Source: Proteromonas lacertae (lineage: Eukaryota). Taken from it: 60,453 nucleotides of DNA. How positions within the stretch are numbered: position 1 is the first letter of the stretch; each line of letters begins with the position of its first letter. Below the pieces are notes generated by a model, which did not search any database, was not told where the DNA came from, and worked only from the letters and a program-made list of their open reading frames with translations. The stretch lies in NCBI GenBank assembly GCA_002245135.1, contig NGBS01000881.1, forward strand, positions 124,001-184,453, read 5' to 3'. Shown here in pieces: positions 55,066 through 60,453 of the stretch. The position numbers and the translations under genes were made by a program.

Positions 55066-55803
55066 TTACATTAAAATACAACAATAATTTTTATATTTTT
55101 GATCGTGTTGATTATTTACTTCAGGATCTGGTGGAATAGTTTTTATATCTACATTCTTTTCACAATATATTTCAGTCATTTTGTGAAACAATTCATCTAA
55201 TCCTTCTTGAGTTAGAGCTGAACATTGATGATAAAAAGAACAATTTAATTGATTAGCTACTTGAATAGCCATTTGCTCAGTAACAATTTGTTGATTATCT
55301 TCAACATCATCTTTTAAATCACTTTTAGTTCCAAGTAAAATTTTAATAGAATTATGAGAGAATGGTAAGATTTCTTTATTCCACTTGTGTTGAATTGATT
55401 GTAATGATTTGATATTGACAATAGAAAAAGTGAGAATAAAAATAGAAGCATCTGAAAATGATATATTTCTAATACAATCATACTCTTCTGATCCTATAAT
55501 AATAATAATAATAATATAAAAAGAATAAGTTATACCAGAAGTATCAATCAAATGAAACTGAATTCTTCTATTTTGATATTCCATTATTTTACCTTGATTC
55601 TCAAACACTACAAATAAAAATAAAAAATAAATACCTGTTGGAATATGTTCTCTTGGAAGTAATCCATTTCTATATGACATAAGTAAACTTGACTTTCCAA
55701 CTTGTGACTCTCTATAAAAGAGAATAAAACAACAACAATACCCAATAAAAACACATTTAACAGTTTTAATACCAAGATTCTTTCGATAAACTGATGAAGA
55801 CAT
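55066..55803 (-). CDS. Rho-family small GTPase, atypical (three introns: 55741-55712, 55634-55608, 55535-55494)
   Basis: Spliced motifs GESQVGKS, HIPTVFEN, DTSGSEEYD, GTKSD, CSAL; CAAX box CILM. Confidence 0.93.
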   Translation of the reverse strand: MSSSVYRKNLGIKTVKCVFIGYCCCFILFYRESQVGKSSLLMSYRNGLLPREHIPTGIYFLFLFVVFENQGKIMEYQNRRIQFHLIDTSGITYSFYIIIIIIIGSEEYDCIRNISFSDASIFILTFSIVNIKSLQSIQHKWNKEILPFSHNSIKILLGTKSDLKDDVEDNQQIVTEQMAIQVANQLNCSFYHQCSALTQEGLDELFHKMTEIYCEKNVDIKTIPPDPEVNNQHDQKYKNYCCILM

Positions 55804-55926
55804 GATGAAATAATGAATGAAATATTGAAATCAAAATCGACAAAATTGAATGAATTTTTATCCAATCAGATTCGTTTTAGACCATTCATATTAAATAAAT
55901 GAAAATATAGCGAGTTTAGCTTGAGA

Positions 55927-57629
55927 ATGATCAAATCATTATTTATTATTTTGCTTTTTAAAGCATGTTTAAGCAAGATTAATATTAGAAGAGATATATT
56001 ATCTGTTAGCATTCATGAAAATGGAGAACTTGGTTTAACATTAGATCGAGTATATAGATGAGAGAGTATTTTTATTAGAATTTGTATATAACTGGATTTG
56101 GAAAAACATTAAGAGGAAATCCTTATCCATTAGAATCACTTGGTATATTAAAAATACATGATAAGCTGATCGGTGTAAATGAAGAAAGTGTGGAAGGAAT
56201 AGAATATAGAAATGTTGTTAAATTAATATCTAAACGTCCATGTAAATTGATATTTCAACGTTTAGGATATGATAATAATGGGGAAGCTATAAATCGTATA
56301 TATTAAAATATAATAATAATGATAATAGATGTATTACCAAGAAAAGAAACTCACATTGATATACTGGATGGAGTAAAAAAGGTTATATTTACAGCTGATT
56401 TAAATCATATGGATAGATCTGGAAAACCTCTATGTTAATATCATTTTTATTATATATATATATGATATGGTTTGTTTTAATAATCTTACTAGATATGATT
56501 TTACTGTAATAGATAATATAACTCAATGTCGTGAATATGATAATATTGATAGTAAAGCTGTTGAATCAAAAATGGTGTTTATGTTATATGATAATTGTTC
56601 AAAAGATGTATTGAGAATTATTTCAATTCTTGAAGAAAAACTAGCAGTTGGAGTTTTATTAGTAACAAAAAGTGATCAACTTTACAAAGAGAGTTTTAAA
56701 AAGTCATTGTTAAAAAATAAAATAAGAATTCCAATTGGAAAAATACATTATAGTGAATTTATAGAGATAAATGACTATTTAAAAAGTATTCAAAATACAA
56801 CAGAAGATAGAGAATATTACAAAACACACCCATTGAGATTAAGATATATGTCGCTGGAGTGTTTGCCATATGAAAATTTATTGGTATATAATATATTGTA
56901 TATATAAATTGTAGCATACGAAATCTACTGATGAAATTTTGAGTATAGAATATGAACATTCATTTACATATATGGAGAATGGAGTGTTTAAAATTATTCA
57001 TGAAAACAGTAGTGATGATGATAATAATAATAATAGTTATGAAAATGAGTTTGTTTCAGTTTTACCTAAGACACTATTGTCATTAATGCCTATTAAAGTC
57101 ATATTTCCTGATATTGACGCAGTATGTAGAAGATTCCCATATAATAATGTAAATGAAAAGAATAATTTTGTATTAATTGATGTTAACAATTTAAAATGTG
57201 AGATTGAGAGAATTATTCAAGGAATAGAGTATAATAATGATATGGGAATATTAATCAATGGATTTAATTACGATTCAATTGATTATTATCTCAGATTGAA
57301 ATTTCTTAAAACAAATAGTATGTTTATATTATTTTGAGTTAATAATATTGTATTTAGAGAAAATAGTATTAATATCTCCTTCTGCTTTTGAATATATAAG
57401 AAGAAAAATATTGTTAAATAATGAAGTGACAGTTGAATTTAAAAGCCAGTCAAACAAAGAATGGAGAAAGATGCAAAGCTATATTAGTCAAGAGAAATGG
57501 AGTAAAGAATTAAATGAACAAGAAGAACAGTTGAATGAATTAATAAGAACATATAGAGGAGAATTAAAGAAAGACTTTTTGACTAATTTATATAACATAA
57601 AAATAAAGAAACCTGTAGAAGAATTATAA
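55927..57629 (+). CDS. Secretory-pathway protein: signal peptide + PDZ + two PA-like domains, C-terminal VEEL
   Basis: MIKSLFLFCFLKACLS; GELGLTL...GILKIHDKLIGVN...RPCKLIF (PDZ); C...KMVFM...NC...AVGVLL...IRIPIGKI (PA-like). Several short introns. Confidence 0.65.
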
Positions 57630-57735
57630 AAATTAAGAAAGTGTTATTTATTCAATTATTTTTTTTGTTCATCTTTTTCAAATAAAACCAAAAAAACATA
57701 AAAAAGTCAATCGAAGTGGATTATCTTCATATAAT

Positions 57736-60453
57736 TTAAAGATCTTTATCTAAAAGTCTTTTTTCTTTTATTCCCACAAAACTTGATGATTTTAAAAAGC
57801 TTGCATTTGGTAAGATTACTGTTAAAGCAGGGTATAATAAAAGAAGTACAACGATTGATAAAACCAACAAGAATACATCTTTAATAAATGTCCAATTGTA
57901 ACTCTTTGGTGATCTACAAACTTTTGTAAAAGAAAACATAGTGTTTCCATACTTAGATCCATATTTACTAATCATCAAGTTAACATCTATTCTTGACGAA
58001 CCTTTACGTTTGCATTGATATATAATACCTAATTCATGAGGAATATTTGTGACTTCTGTTGTTTCAGTCAAATCACCTGATACTATTACTGTAAGTATAT
58101 CGTTGTTATGTACTATAACTTGAGGTTTTTCTCTTAACATTAATCGATTCTCTTTCTTAGCTTAAAAATCTCAAATTAAAGAAATTCATATGTTCATTTA
58201 TACAAAAAATGATATAGCAACATAATATTTTGTTTCTATTGTATCTTCATCAATTGTTTTTGAGGCAAATTCATAATTATATTCATAATTAACAACACCC
58301 TTATCTACAACATCATTAGCAAGATCATAAGAATCAACATATTGAAGTATAATTAAAGAAATATATTAAATAAACAAAAGCAAATCTTAAAAGATATATC
58401 TCCATTTCCATCTTTCATATCAGCATTTATATATTTTTCCACTTGTTCATAATCACTACCAACTATAAAATCAACTACTTTTGATCTACATTTCTTCATC
58501 CATGAAAATGATATTGATGTATCATTTATACCAATTGAAACAACTATTGGATATTGTCCATCACTATCACATGTATAAAATATTTCCATGATTATTGCAT
58601 CTGCATCAGGATATAATGTCACTTTGTCATTATCATCAGCTGGATTACCATCCTCCATAATATCCAAATCATTATCAAATCTTTATTACTACTATAACCA
58701 ACTAAACTAACTGTAGCAGTCATATCTATATTAGCACCAATTACTTTTACTTGAGGATATGAAATATCTATTTTCTTTGTAGATGATATATAAAATCTAG
58801 TTTTATCTTCATCATATCTACTAACCATTTTTCTATTTCCTATTTGATAAGGCAATTGTGTTATTCCATGCCTTACAGCATAATATTGAGAGTCTTTCGG
58901 AACATACATTCCTGTAGTAATATCTATAGGTAGAAGTGATTGTGAACATTTCTTAATATAACCGAATTTCAATGGTTGATGTGATATATCACTATTCTTA
59001 TATCCATGAGTAACTTCTATTGATATTGTCACTTTATATTCACCGTCATCTTTACATAAATGACATAGTCCATAACTTACTGAATTTTTAGAACATAACC
59101 ATTTATAGCATCACCATATGTATTGATAGTCATTTGGCTATTGTCATATGATACAGAAATAGGTTTATAAGTTATATTGTCATAACGACCCTATTAACAT
59201 ATATATATAAGCAATACTCTAAAATATAACTGCATACACGGATCAATAGCTGGTAAAATAACTTGAGGATCTTCTGATGAATAATCACTATTAATAATAC
59301 CATCACTTAATATAACATAATTATCTAATAATGCTTTACTACCTTTCTCAATTATATCAAAACCAGGAATTGGACCAATTTCAAAGTGTTTTTTATACTG
59401 AAATAAGAACTCTATAAATATATATAATAATATATATACCAGTAGAAGGATCAAAAATATTATCCACAAAATCACCAGCATCAAAACCTTCATTTCCACC
59501 AATTCTACCAATAATAGTTACAATAGCAGTACTATCACTTTTACCATTATATAACACTTCTAATGTTGTAGTTTGTGGGATATCTCTGTTTGGATCTTTT
59601 TCATCTGTAGCATCCCCTGATAATGTAACTTCAAATAGATTATTCTCCACTTTAGCTGACCATGATATTGTAGTAGATAGAAAATTGTCAGGTACAGTTA
59701 CAGTAAAATAAGATATAGATCCAGTACCTTCAGTAAATATATTAGAATGATTTTTAAAACTACTACTTACGTATCCATCTTTTATTACTAATTGACCTTT
59801 ACTACCATGATAATTAACTAATAACTGAGGTATTGGTCCTTCTTTACATTTAACCATGTAAGTAAATTTTGTAGTGAAAAATCCACTATTATATTTAATA
59901 TATGGCACAATAGTTAATAAAACATTACCATTACTAATGAAGCAATTATAATGTATTATTAAATCACAGTTAATTTTATTAGTATCATAGAAATCAGATG
60001 TACATATTGCTTCTGTATATGGTTGAACTACTGACATATTTTGATCTTGAATAAAATCAATGTAAGATACATTTGGAAAATCATTATTTATCTTTGCCAA
60101 TTCTATTGTTACTTTATTTGATAATGTATCTTCTCCTATTTCTAGAGGAGTTTTTTGATTCTCCTTAAATTGTCTATTTATATTATTATTAATTATAATA
60201 TATACTCATCAATCACACCATTCTTTACTACTGAATAAGATACTTCCGGAGCATATTCTAAAGTCACATTAGTCTTTGCTTTACTCTATCAATAAACATA
60301 AATACAATCGATTATACTTTCAATTCAGAATTTTCAGATTGACTTTAAATGGATTTACTGGTTTTGAATGTATTTTGTAATGTCCTGATGTAAAAACATT
60401 TGGTAAAGATGATTCGGATTGTTGTTGTTGTTGATTATTATTATTATTATTTT
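57736..60453 (-). CDS. Multi-exon single-pass membrane protein with repeated Cys-containing extracellular domains (5' end outside the window)
   Basis: Recurrent (V/I)(V/I)xxG...YxC...G...F(G/S/T)xxKxC modules. C-terminal TM VFLLVLSIVVLLLLYPAL. Exons are separated by short GT-AG introns. Confidence 0.65.

Overview
Very AT-rich, gene-dense eukaryotic (protist) DNA with tiny GT-AG introns (about 24-44 nt) and intergenic gaps of only about 95-240 bp. This style fits a Blastocystis/Opalinata-like stramenopile, but that is an inference and not proven. 1-~13000 is a rearranged, subtelomere-like patchwork. It holds a near-perfect 3.5-kb inverted duplication (1-3498 / 4923-8420) whose spacer contains a ~700-bp chimeric fragment capped on both sides by outward-facing TTAGGG-type repeats. 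It also holds a TGTTG...CAACA MITE with a 5-bp TSD nested in a second TGTTGT element, several pseudogene fragments and a truncated Ig/PA14 surface-protein gene. The rest is a run of genes: a PHD-finger protein; one ~7,000-aa type I membrane adhesin-like gene (36208-14757) built from four Ig/PA14/lectin-like super-repeats; a ~4,000-aa His/Ser-rich protein with ~43 combinatorial repeats and a C-terminal GAF domain; Mpv17/PMP22; a dCTP pyrophosphatase with an in-frame TAA before a membrane anchor; an SLC34 Na/Pi cotransporter; a probably inactive BED-hAT transposase; a Rho GTPase with Rnd3-like Ser12/59/61; a secreted PDZ-PA protein; and a partial repeat-domain membrane protein. Several 1-nt frameshifts may be assembly errors.
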